From: Trypethelium eluteriae | Lineage: Eukaryota | DNA: 36,200 bases | Direction of reading: 5' to 3' | NCBI GenBank assembly: GCA_051942245.1 | Contig: JAVECL010000206.1 | Coordinates: 1 to 36,200 of the forward strand | Part shown: in pieces, positions 11,827-23,739 of the stretch | How positions within the stretch are numbered: the first letter of the stretch is position 1 | How the letters are laid out: each line of letters begins with the position of its first letter | Notes under the pieces: model-generated | What the model was told of the DNA's origin: nothing | What the model saw: only the letters and a program-made list of their open reading frames with translations | Databases searched by the model: none | Made by a program: the position numbers and the translations under genes

Positions 11827-14800
11827 ATGGCTCTCTCTCATTCCTCGATCGGGTCATTGTCATCCAAAAAAGAATCTCTAACAATTCTCGCCTCATACTT
11901 GCTTATCGACCGATGGAGTGACCCGTTAGACTTCATATCACCCTTCGATTTTCGTCGAGCGTGCGAAACTATAACAGATGACTTTGACAGCCAGTGGATT
12001 GAAGTCTTCAAGGAGAATGACGCGACCGAGAATTGGTTGAGGCTACGGCCATCATGGCAGCATCTACATTGCTCCGGTGGGCCAAGGTCCGGCAAGGTTC
12101 GAGCAAATTGCCCACTGATGAGCAGGTGCTGACTTGGATTGCTGCTCTTAGACCACTTTCATTGCTGCCATTGCTCGACATTTACGACGGGATATGGAGC
12201 TTTCTAGGCCGACACGCGCTGTTGTGACGATATTTCTCGGCTCTCACGATTTCGGGCATCAAGTCGTCCCTTCACCGCTCGAAATTATCCTTCGTGCCGT
12301 TCTGAGACAATTAATGGAAGACCTGCTCCTTTCACTCAAAGAGCTACCGAGAGCTCTAGAAGAGACGCGCAGCCGAAGCCCATTAGGCTCCATGACTTGT
12401 AAACAGCTCGAACCACTTATCAGAACAGCAGCTCAGTGCTTCGACGACATCTTTCTGCTGATTGACGATGTAAATGAGATTCCCAGTCTGGACGAGGAAC
12501 AATTCGCTGATCAAATGCGCAAACTCGGAATATCTTTCATCATGTTCGTCGGAGTGCCCTTAAATCGTCTCAGCAACGGAAAGGACCGTACGTGCGATGC
12601 GTGCGAAGAAGCCAGCGAACCGTGGGCAGAATGCGAGACGTGCAATTGTTGCCACTGTCCTCCTTGTTATGAATCCCGTCCATCTTGTTATCGATCCCGT
12701 CCTCGGTGCTGCCCTGAGTGGGTTCTTCAAGTATACTGTACGAATGCTCAAGCTGACCGCAATTAGTATGGTAAAGGCTGTTGCTGTTGTCGAAATTCCC
12801 TTGCAACTATTGGAAAAACACATTGAATCCCTCGTTGAGAAGGGGCTATTTGTTGTCTTTCCGGATGATCGGATCAGAAAAGACGCCGTGCGCACTGTAT
12901 TGGTCAACAGCGACAAGTTTCTGCCACTTGCAAAGCTTGAGCTTGGCAACCTCATTGAAAACCCCATCTTTGAAGAGATTCCGATTGCGCGAGATCGACT
13001 TCCGCTTTATACCCTTCGCTACTTCAGTTTCGCTCTCCGACGAGTGAGATCCCAGACAGCCAAGAATGATGTCAATCTCGGACTTACGGTCCTAGCTATC
13101 CTGTCTCTGTCTGAGACCAACCCATGCCACCCTATGTCATTCCACGCATTACTAGGCGCCTTGGCCTGCCAATCAAATCCCGTGCGATTCGGCAAGCCAC
13201 TAAACCGGACCCGCATCTCTCGCGTTACAGAAGGCTGGCTTAAGATCGACGACGCAACGTGGAAGGGTGGCGACACTAAGACGAGCCTGTTTCACCCCCA
13301 AGCTGTAACATATCTGACTGAAGAGTGTGCTGGATTTCACGACGAGATCCTAGGCGTAGGATGTGATCTGGCGCTCATATGTCTCAGCGCACTCACAGGA
13401 CCCCAGCTCAGCTCCGACCGGTTCCAAGGCGATGCAAAGAGAGCGGTTGGCAAAATACCGACAGGACCATTTCTGGAGTATGCTCTCAACAACTGGGGCT
13501 ACCATTTCAAGAACCGCGCGTCAGAGGAGATGAAAAGCGCTGCTTACAAGTTCTTTCGCCGTTACCAGGCTGGACCGAGGCTCAGGCGTATCCGCCTAAA
13601 GACTGGAGTCGATGGCATGCGAGCGGTTGGAGATAGTATGCATCTGCTAGCAGATTTCGGTTTGGAAGAACTGCTCGACGAGTTCGAAAAGTATCCTGCG
13701 CACTTGAATGTTGTAGACAATATCACAGGTCGCACTCCGGCCATGGTTGCATGCGCGGCTGGCCATACCAAGTTTTTGAGGAAGCTCATCAAAGACGGAG
13801 CCAATCTTACCCATTTTTGCAACGACGGCAACACGGCGTTGCACTACGCTGTCCAAAACTCCAAAGTAGACGTCATACGCTGCATACTGGCAGAAGCCGA
13901 TCCCCACCTTTTGAATCGCCTTGTGAATGCACAGGACAGGCAAGGGCAGACAGCTCTCATGCTTGCGGTCCGCCTTGAAGCAGACGAGTTTGATAGACGA
14001 GGTGGCGATATGGTTCGTTCGGCCGATTATGCTGACAAACGCTCGTGGCATGACGGTGTTGCATGTTGCGGCCACGCGAGCCGATGAGTCGTGCCTGCAC
14101 CGTATCGTGAAACGAAAAGATAGCAAGAAGATTATCGATACCTTGGAGCACAACAAGTCGAAGAGGACCGCCCTTATGTCGCCTTTTTCCGATAGACCCT
14201 ATAAAGACATGAAAAAACGCTTAAAGGCTATTGGTATCTTGATCGAACATGGAGCGTCAACGGCGGTTCAGGACGCCATGGGTTGGACAGTGCTAGACTA
14301 TGCGGAAACAAGCAATGACTTCGCTCCGATACTGCAAAGACTCCTCAAGACAGACAAGGGTGTCAATGCCAAAGATGATCGAGACGATTCACCATTAGAT
14401 TTAGCTTCTGCCTTCAAGTGTGAGCAACCTGAGAAAAAGCCACTCGGGCCGAAAGCGGGCCTGGCCTCTGAGATCAACACCCAAGTGGCATCGATGCACA
14501 TCGTCCAAAGTCGTGACACTAGACAAATTATTGAGCGCATCCTAGCTGCGGCCGCATGCCCTCAGCAGGAAGGGAATGAACAGATGCAGCCGGCTAACGA
14601 AAATTCGCCAGAAGCACATGAGAGGTTCCAGACCGCTTACCGCAAGGATTGGCTAGGCTATAAAGAATTGCACTCGTCCGTCTGTCACGCATCTCATGAA
14701 AACGTTCTGGCGCTATTGTCACAAGCGACCGACGTAAATGCAACCACTGCTCTCGGAGACACCGCGCTACACCTAGCAATACAAGCTCTCGGAGACGATA

Positions 14801-15228
14801 CTGACACGAGGGATCCTCAGATATTGAAGGATATCATACGTACATTACTGGACCGTCCGGACATTGATCTCACGGTCGAGAACAACCTTCACGAGACGGC
14901 AATAGACGTCATAATGCAAGTCAAACCTGAATGGCCCTTCACCTTAGAGATTATGGAGAGAGTCTGCCAGAAAGGGATCAGCTTTAAGTTCCTGCGAGCA
15001 AGAGACATTGACAAACTTTTCGGGTCGGCTCTGGATAGCTGGAACGAGTGGCAAACCCCTGCGCTCATACAGACTCTTTTGAATGCAGGTGCCAACGGAT
15101 TCCAGTCTATAGGTATGAGTGAACCAAGCAAGTCGGCAAAAGTGATAGCTAAAGTGATGAAATGGGGCAACACTGTTGTTGACATTCTCGACAGATGGGA
15201 AAAGAAGATCCTGAAGTCGATTCGTTAG
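11827..15228 (+). pseudogene. NACHT-type P-loop NTPase + ankyrin repeat (NLR-like) protein with an internal Cys-rich zinc finger; one frameshift near 13972
   Basis: Walker A GGPRSGK|TT spans intron 12097-12151, Walker B is FLLIDDVNE, and a second intron lies at 12718-12766. FLEYALNNWGYH precedes ankyrin repeats (GRTPAMVAC, GNTALHYAV, GQTALMLAV, GMTVLHVAA, GWTVLDYA, GDTALHLAI). The frame changes at GTC CGC C TTG AAG. The start codon is uncertain. Confidence 0.85.
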
Positions 15229-15595
15229 TGCTAAATAAGTGAAATCGAGCATTATGCTATGGTCAGATCCGCAATCACTTACTACATTCAAACAGCTCAT
15301 GCTTGATTAATCACCTGGAGCGAAGAAAAGATTGGTGTCTCTTTTGCGAAGACCCAGTTGACGACAATGCGTTGTGCGGGACCTGTCTCCTCAAATTCAA
15401 CGACTTGTGACAAACTTGGGAACCTTGGAGCTGAAAAGCAGATGTGAATGGAGTTCTTTAGAGAACATCCAAGTGCCTTTTTATGTGGATCAACTTGAAA
15501 AGAACCAGGCACATGTGCGTACCTGTGGAAAATTCTCGCTGGTAAAATTCTTCTTTGTAAGGTCGAACCAGAGGCACTAGGATAGTCCTGGCCTA

Positions 15596-16798
15596 GTGCT
15601 GGAATACCGTTTGCAAAAACTAATGTGAAAAGTCTTGGCGCACCACCTCGTATCTCCCACCACACAAATATGTACTAGAAGTCATTCAATTGCCCGCCAC
15701 GAGCCTTCCAAGCTATTAAATACCGCTCAAAAAGGAAGTTGTGATGCTGCGTAGATCAGCTGTAAAGTAGAGGCTTATCAGAGATGCTCTTGAAGCTGAT
15801 GTCGACATTTTAGAGATCGCAAACCCAGTAGAATGCTATATTGCTACTGTCTATCGCATGCAGTCTCCTCTCAAGCCATTTGGTACGCCATACTCTCCTT
15901 CCTGCGGTATCATTGGCCGGCCGCGTACCCTTACCGATGGAGAGGAAGGAGGAGAGTGATCTGTGCACGTTGTTGATGCCTAGCTGACTGATAACGGCCA
16001 CTCTCGAGTGCTTCGACTACCAACCCAATGCCTCCCTCGATGAGTCTCGGACACTTTCTCGTCTTCGAATAGTGTGTTGAAAAAGAGCTCTCGAATATAT
16101 AACGGGTACTGAAGGAGCACTAGTGGTCGCGGAAGGTCGCGGAGAGGCGATAGTACGAGCAGAATTTGGTGTTGAGAACCCACTGGCTCGCTCGCCGGTT
16201 TATTCTCAACCCAGAGCATGCGATCTGCCTTGATAAATGTGGCTCGAATAGGCGTGGAGGCCTCCGGAACTTTTGCTGGTCTCCATGTGGGATTTCTGCT
16301 CTGAATATGCTCTCCACGAGTAGAGGAGAGAAGTGGAGTATCCTACCAGCACTTACAGTCAACGGTTATCTTCCAGGCCCTCTTGTTTGCACTGGTGCCG
16401 TGACGCAGACTATCTGATAGCTAGACTGAGGCGAACGTGTTACCATATTGCACCGTAGTACAGACTGTCATAATAATGGACAATTGTGCTATCCACACAG
16501 ATTGAGTCTCCTCTTTCTCCTTAACGAGCCTAGCGTGCTCGTGAGATTTCTTCTACTACATTGTCCAGATTCTCACCCTATTGAGTTCAGCTTCAACCAG
16601 CTTGAAGCGTTAATAACAAGAGACAGTGAATTAGCACTAAAATTTGTGACTTTCGGTCAGTTTCTACAATTAATCACAACAATGCACGAGCCTAGAGACC
16701 GGAAGAGCTTGGTTCCGTAAAGTAGGTTACTCAGTTCTATAAAGTAATTGTAAATTGAGATAATGCTGTAGAGCGGGTAATCGAAGGTATTCCGGTAT
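15596..16798 (+). mobile_element. Degenerate Tc1/IS630-like (DDE_3) DNA transposon
   Basis: Fragments read ATVYRM..FGTP..GRPRTLT (HTH), CLDKCGSN..WSPCG..RGEKWSILPALTVNGYL, IIMDNCAIH and PDSHPIEFSFNQL, with many stops and frameshifts. Tentative TIRs GTGCTGGAATACC (15596-15608) and GGTATTCCGGTAT (16786-16798) differ only by 3 transitions. Confidence 0.8.
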
Positions 16799-17151
16799 CC
16801 TAGCACAGTAAGCGCTAGCAAACGAATATAACGACAGCGAACCGATCACAATTTCCTCTTTGAACCGTATTTAGTAGCTTCAAAGGTGTGTGGCGAGCAA
16901 TTGAACGACTTCTATTACGACTTCAGACGATGGGGTATACGAGGTGATGCGCCAAGGTTTTTCGTAGTGGTTTTGCAAACGGTCAGGGTATAAGGAGCTA
17001 GCCCCAATCTCCGGCATGGTGCGCGGTGACCGATGAAGTGCCCAAGGCTGATGTCTAGCGACCGGTAAATTGCCTAATACTGCTGTCCGACAGTGATCCA
17101 ACCTCTTTCGTCAGTAACAGCACCTTCGTTATTGAAAATTGACTTCTACGA

Positions 17152-18945
17152 ATGATGAAAAGATGCCAATGGGTGCCTCAAGTGCCGAAACGTTGCTCGC
17201 CGGCGAGTGAGGATAGTTCGTGGCTTGATGGCTTGTCTGAACTCAGTACCGCTTATCCTGCAATAAAGAGCCTGTTTGAACGGACCAAAGACTCGGAGGC
17301 GCGCCAAATGGTCCGAGACAAGATCAAACAGCGGCATGATAAGGCCCCTGGACGTTGTGTCTTGCTCAATTTCCACGAGACGCATGTAGAAGACCGGCAT
17401 TTCGACTCACCCAGTGACTTGGCCAACTATTTAGACCAGTACCCACCTCAAAGCCATTCAGGACTACACCGTCTCTAGATACTTGGAGACTTAGAATTGG
17501 AGTGGGTTGAAGTTTTAGGAGGCCGACTAGGCGTTGATCCGCTTGTCTTTAGCGAACAGACTAACACGTTTAACTTTACAGGTACTGACGCTCTCTACTA
17601 TACCATTCGGCAGCCTTCTGACGACCAAAGATTCGCAATCAATTGTGGCACACTCCTTGCCTTCGATGATGAAGCCAACGACATCATTTACACTGAGGTA
17701 TTTTGAGTTTCGCCAGCTAAAAGATGACAGCAGTATTCAAACGTTTACAAATCAGACGACCTTTGCAATGAACCCCAGGCGCTTAGAGCGATGGCGCGAT
17801 GTCGACTCCCCTAATTTCAAGTGCCATTGGAGGCACTCATTTGTCCGTCGCTGTGCCAGCTTCTGGTCAAATCAGTGTACAAGCACCTCCGGATGGGAGG
17901 ACAAGAGCACTCAGTCGTATATGGTCCAAACTAATGTCTTTACAGCTGTCATGCTGGTGGATCCTGCTTTTGACTCATTTCTATGGGACAGCCAGGTCAA
18001 TTTCAACATGTCTCCGGCGTGTACCATTCTGCAAGACCCAACGACTCATGCTAGACTGGACTCACTCTGGGCAGCAAGGACCAGAAGCTCCATGGTCCCA
18101 ACAAGAGACACCAGTGTGGCATACCATGGTGACTCTCAGACGTTCACGGAATCAACTCTCAGCCTGAAAGACGCCAAGAAGCATCCGCTTATCCTTAGCA
18201 ATGATCGAAATCTTAGCTCACTCCTCGACGAAATGGTCATCCACTGGACTAGAATTGCTGAACAGGACCTAATATCGTCTGCGCGCGAGTGTTCCGTTAA
18301 TAGTGCGCATTATCTCCTGAAATATATCGCAAATCTTTGGGTGCACCAGCTCGATTTGGTGCAATCCACCATCGCTCAAAGCGAGTACTTCTCCGAAGAT
18401 TATCAAGCCAAGGTCGACTTGGGCACCTCGATAGAAGAGTGGCGACGCACCTTGCTGGAAGTTCACGACGCAACAACCGATATGAACCATCTGCGTCGCC
18501 AAATGCTTCATTTTGAACACCACATGACGCTCAACCTTGAGCGTCTTGGCATAGTGATGGGTGCCGTGGGCATTGATTCTTCCGCACCGGACGCCATTCA
18601 GGGCGCACAAAAGGATTTTTTGCACATCTATACTCGCCTTCGACCGTTGCTCGAGCAATGGCTCTAGACAAGACCGCAAATGACCTCGCAAGCCTCCATG
18701 CGAACTTTAAGAGCATTCAATATAGCGAGCTCGGTCTGAAATTGTCCATATTCGCCAGTATAGTATTCCCTGCGACTTTAGTCTCTAGCATGTTGTCTAT
18801 GGGCGATGAGTTTCTACCCGGACAAGGCAAGTTTTGGGTATTTTGGGCCGTTTCGATACCGGTGGTGTTTACGATCGCTATCACCCTGGTATTCAGCCAA
18901 CAAGCGAAGACTTGGCTGTTTGTCAAGATGAGTAAAGAGCATTAG
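17152..18945 (+). pseudogene. Fungal CorA-like (two C-terminal TM helices) protein pseudogene
   Basis: HRL*ILGDLELEWVEVLGGRLGVDPLVF, intron 17582-17630, LRYFEFR, VRRCASFW, LVDP, a long helical region, then LSIFASIVFPATLVSSMLSMG..F.PG..KFWVFWAVSIP. Lesions are an in-frame TAG at 17476-17478 and a 1-nt frameshift near 18658. Confidence 0.8.
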
Positions 18946-19179
18946 AAGGTGACATGGTACGGAAAGACGGGGATACAGTATACATTGTTCATTAGTGGAA
19001 CCATGCGACCATTCGGACGCGAGACAGACCTGCCCCGCTGACCAGTGCGATACAGCCCTATCGAAGAACGACATCAGTACGGCATAGAAAGTCGTCTCCA
19101 TCAAATCGGTGGCATTAGATACACAGCGTACCGTTGTAACGAAGCATTCCGTGAGTCGTGACGAGGTTTGATACAAGAA

Positions 19180-21060
19180 TAGTAATGAGTGGCCAAAATT
19201 TCTTTATTATCAAGCTAAAGATCCAATTATCGTTCGTACCTAGAATTTTCGTTCACTGGTGTACGGTCGATAATTACATTCCAACAAATAAATTACTTTT
19301 CTTCTGTTCGAAAAGTTCGCTCAAGGGTCTCCCGCATAGACTCTGGCTTAAAGTCGAAGAGATCATTGTTCAACAGTACTGGACGCTTCCAAGCTGGTCT
19401 GTTAGTCGAGACCTCCAACAACAAGACTGGGGACATATCCCTTGAAACAATCCGCGATGAAATCTGGGGAATGCTACGGAAAGCTAATGAGGAGACCGTC
19501 GCACGTGGCCGTGTGCCGAAAGACATGATTGTGTTCGCTAATCCCGACAAGCCATTTCCGCGTTCGGGCAAAGGCAGCGTGCAGCGGGGACTGCCTCCAG
19601 ATCTATACTCAGATGAGATTAATGAGACTTACGAGCGTAAAAGCCTGTTAGAAGATGGTGCGCTAGAAGGGCTGTCGTCGCAAGATGTCGAGATCTTGAC
19701 CAAGATCTTCCGTCACTGGATCGGAAGCCAGACTGGGCGGCAAGTCCCCGACATGAGTGATGACCTTTTCGATGCTGGACTCGGCCTTGATTCACTCTTG
19801 GTACTATGATTAAGCCACGACATCAATATAGCGGCCAGAAAATCCATAACGAGTGCGCCCATGATCTATGAAAATCCCACAATTAGCGGCATTGCTCACA
19901 GCCTTCTCTCCGTTGGCACGAACAGTGATACGAAATCGGATGGTTCATCTAGAAAGGGGGGATGAATGCCATGCTGAACCAGTACTCTCAAGATCTCCGC
20001 GTCCCAACCGTGCCGTCCACTGCGCCTCCAAAGCAAGACCTTATCGTTGTCGTAACTGGTACAACCGGCACATTTGGGTCGTATCTTCTCTCATCACTCC
20101 TTCACAGTCTCTCCATCTCTAAAATCTACTGCCTCAACTGCAATGAGAATGCCGCAGCTTCTCTCCGCGCCTTCGTGCAACGCTCTCCTTCATCAAACTC
20201 CTCCTTCTCCTCGCTCGAGGGCAAACTGACGTACATCACCATCGACCTCTCCAAACCCAACCTCAGCCTCCCTAACTGCTCCTACGAAGCCCTCGTCGAA
20301 GACATCGACGTGATCATTCACAGCGCCTGGCTCGTCGACTTTAATCTTCCCCTCTCTTCTTCGGCCCGCACCATCTCCATGGAACTCTCGACTTTTAAAC
20401 ATCTGCGCAGCTTCCAAAACATAAAAGCGCAGGATTTGTATTCCTAAGCACTGTCTCAACAGCCGAGAAATGGCGTCCACCCACCACCACCTTCTCCTCC
20501 TCGCAAGATAACCTCGCATCCGAAACTTCTCACCTCTTCGGCACTTCCGCATCGATCGGCTACTCGGAAAGCAAATACGTCGCGGAGCATCTCGTCTCTT
20601 CTGCGTGTCACAAAGTGGGAGTTAGAAGTGCGATATGTCGCGTGGGCCAGATCGCTGGTCCCACTCATAACGAGCACGATGGAGGAGATGGTGTGTGCTG
20701 GCCCAAGCAGGAGTGACTACCGAAACTGATCGAAACAAGCGTGAAGATGAACTGCTTCCCTCAAGATCTCGAACATTTGGAGCGAGTGGACTGGGTGCCG
20801 GCCGATGTGTTGGGCGATGCGGTGGGTGAGATGGTGGTTAGTGCATATATCAAGACCCAAGAAAGCGAAATGAGGGCAATCGAAGAAGAAGTTGAAGGGG
20901 GAAAGGACGAAAAGACTACTGCAAGCTCTTGCATGCTGTGAATCCGCATCCGACGACGTGGTCGAAACTCTTACCCATCGTTACTAATGAGTCGCTGCCG
21001 AAGCGCTGTATCGAAATCTTGCCGTGTGGCGGGTGGGTCGAGAAAGTGAAGAGCACTGTC
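19180..21060 (+). pseudogene. 5'-truncated NRPS-like A-T-R (carboxylic acid reductase type) relic
   Basis: A-domain C-terminus (GRFQAGLLVE, KPFPRSGKGSVQR), carrier domain (DLFDAGLGLDSL) and thioester reductase (VVVTGTTGTFGSYLL, IIHSAWLVDFN, GYSESKYVAE, RVGQIAGP, VDWVPAD). Multiple stops and frameshifts. Confidence 0.88.
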
Positions 21061-21572
21061 TACAACTCAGAATTGGGATACTAAACAAACAGATTACAAT
21101 ATCTTCAGGTTTCTCCATGACTTTTTCCAAGGCTGGCTTATTAGTGACTTTGCTATTGGTTAGAAAACCCTTGTTGCATACAACACCTTCGAAGCCCCAT
21201 CATAATTCAGCTTTTCTAGAGGCAAGTGTCACCAAGCTTGGGGGTCAGCGAACTAGGCTTCTTTTAGTGTCTTTAACATGGGCCAGCAAGGTCATAACAG
21301 TAAAGGTGAGATAGCATTGTATTGATTACCAGTTGAGGAACCCCCCAACCGCGGTAAGGTAATCAGGATAGGGGGTCTTAAATTCGGGTACCATCGAGGT
21401 TTGAATCACGTCGCAGTCATGTGAAAAGATGTGTCCGCTCGCTGGCGCGGGGAAAATCGCTGGGGGTTGCCCCGACACTTTTGTCCTAGTACTGAATTCC
21501 ACGCTTAATAGCAGAGAGAGATCCTATATGAGGTTGCTTTGCGCTTGGATATGTATATCACGCTATCTCAAA

Positions 21573-22601
21573 TCACAGACTCGCGCACTTCTGCCACTCC
21601 TCGAGGCGGATTCGTTCTTCCGGTCGGACCTCTCTCACTTTCCTAGCCAGTACCTCGAGCTGCATTATTTTTTCTGCCGTGCCCTTTTCTCCGAGTCTCT
21701 CTGCAATGGCGATGGAGTTGATATTGCAGTCCCAAACATCATCTGGCTTTTTTCCCGCTTTGTCCGCTTCCAAATCTAGATACTTGTCGTTTCCTAGCAC
21801 CTCACCAATGGATCTCCTATTCAACAACTGCCTCAGGACCTTGGTTCGTACATTTGAGACCGCAGCCGCAACGCGAATATCGTATTCTTGTAGCGTAAAG
21901 CACATCTGCCACCGGCTCGTTTCACTATCGAAGACAGACAATGGAGCTGTCTGAACAAGGTCGCCGTACAGTCTCTCGCCCTTGGGTGGTTCTTCAATCA
22001 CTCGAAAGGGCATCTCGAAGGTGATATGCTTGAAGTATGGGAGTACTTCAGCGATAGAGAGACCAAGATGGGGACTGCATTGTTCGCAGATCTTGATGCG
22101 GAGTCCTCTGGCTATGAAGATCTCTTGCTCTTCATGGGTAAGACAAGCAATGAACTCTTGGACGTGAGAAAAGCTGCTAAGAGAAGGGTTGCAATCTGGA
22201 ATAAGAAATGCGGCGTCATCTCTCTTGTCAAGGACCATCTGGTGGATGACTTCATTTCTAACCTGCTTGCTGGTTAGGGCAAGGTTGAAAGATGGATGTG
22301 TTGGTAGTGTGTCGCCAAGGTCCTTTCTAATTCTGCAGGTGTTGCAATGGTCGGGGAAGTGGTCGTGTGGTTTGAGTCTCAGGAATATCCCATGGAGCTT
22401 GGATGTTCTGGGTACTGATTCTCTGCCAATACGCCTCGATATCAGGATTTTGGACTCCAGGGCAAAGCTGTACACCCTCATTCGCAGCTCTAGGGGTAGA
22501 TCGAGGAGTCGGAAGCCTCCGTGATTTTCCGAGCCGGCCTTTTCTCTAGACCTTTTGGAAACCATGTCGAATTGGCGCATGAGATGTAGAGCGACTGGCA
22601 T
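21573..22601 (-). CDS. Hypothetical 342-aa protein with an F-box-like/2EXR-type N-terminal motif
   Basis: Uninterrupted ORF containing FRLLDLPLELRMRVY and LALTSKQVRNE, motifs typical of ascomycete F-box-like families. Confidence 0.72.
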   Translation of the reverse strand: MPVALHLMRQFDMVSKRSREKAGSENHGGFRLLDLPLELRMRVYSFALESKILISRRIGRESVPRTSKLHGIFLRLKPHDHFPDHCNTCRIRKDLGDTLPTHPSFNLALTSKQVRNEVIHQMVLDKRDDAAFLIPDCNPSLSSFSHVQEFIACLTHEEQEIFIARGLRIKICEQCSPHLGLSIAEVLPYFKHITFEMPFRVIEEPPKGERLYGDLVQTAPLSVFDSETSRWQMCFTLQEYDIRVAAAVSNVRTKVLRQLLNRRSIGEVLGNDKYLDLEADKAGKKPDDVWDCNINSIAIAERLGEKGTAEKIMQLEVLARKVREVRPEERIRLEEWQKCASL

Positions 22602-23739
22602 GCTTCTTTTTTTTTGACTCTGTGTAAAATCTGTATGCTTCTTGATGGTACGCTGGATAGATGATGGTGAGCTTGGACTATCCTCTGGATGACGGAAATT
22701 ACATTTAGCTGAAGAAGGATTGATCCTTGGAGGTCGCTAAGAGAACGCAATGATTGCGCTCACACGCGTTGCGTTGGACCGTGTGATCAGTGACGACCAT
22801 TGCTGGCAACGCGTGAGTTCAAGTGATGCATCATCGAATTGGGAGGCTGTCACCAGTTACACAGGTGTGACATGTTGACTCTCTCTGAGTGTGATCTGGA
22901 TGATATTTAAGACATGCATTCAAAAACTTGCGTAGAAACGTTGAAATTATACTACCTGCGTTGTTAAATGGCCACGATACATATGCGGACATATAGTTGG
23001 TATAAGTTTGCCTGATTATATTCAGAGAACTTCTCCATGGTTACGTTTTTGAGGTAACTGTCCTAGCTCGTTCTTCAGAATTGATAGCGTAGTGCAATTT
23101 GCACGATTCATTTACTCTGGGAATTTGGAGAGTCTAAGGACGTGCGTGCTCCGAGAGCCTCTCACACTCGTAAGTAAGGATTAATGAGATAAGACTAGTC
23201 TTGCGTCAGGAGTTTACCGTCCTGGCTTGAGTTTAGACTCACCAGAAAAGTGATATTATTGGCTTTATATATAGTACCAGGCGTATCATGCTGGTTGGCT
23301 TGATATTGTGGTCGTTCATTCCATCTTGAGCCTAGTAAGGGGGATGTGACCGTGACATATATAAATACGAAGATTCCGAACAGCGTAACTTTACTATGTC
23401 TGCATCCGTAAATATACATGTCGAAGAAATCAACGAAACCAAGATCACGCTAGAGTGAGCTATATCACTCGGAAAACCGAACACCTGGGACGGAGATATG
23501 ATAGCTGCACGAAGATGCTTGAGCCGCGCTCTCAGACTGATGAGACATTGAGATATCAAATGCTCTTCCTTATTCAGATAGCGGGCAAGGACAGATCATC
23601 TAGCCAGGTCCATGGTAGGTATGCGTGGGCACTAATAAGAAGCATGGACTGTGAAGAAGCTATAGGTCCCTCGAAGATTTCCGTCGTTTATATATTGATA
23701 TCGATACATCCCATTTTCGGTATGTCAACACAGTCTCGA

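Noticed and set aside
14002..14080. Possible intron that would repair the NLR frameshift (GTTCGT donor, GCTGAC branch)
   Set aside because: There is no nearby AG, and splicing would delete the ankyrin consensus RGMTVLHVAA. A 1-bp indel is simpler.
21060..21400. Possible TE relic after the NRPS-like fragment
   Set aside because: No recognisable protein motif or terminal repeat found.
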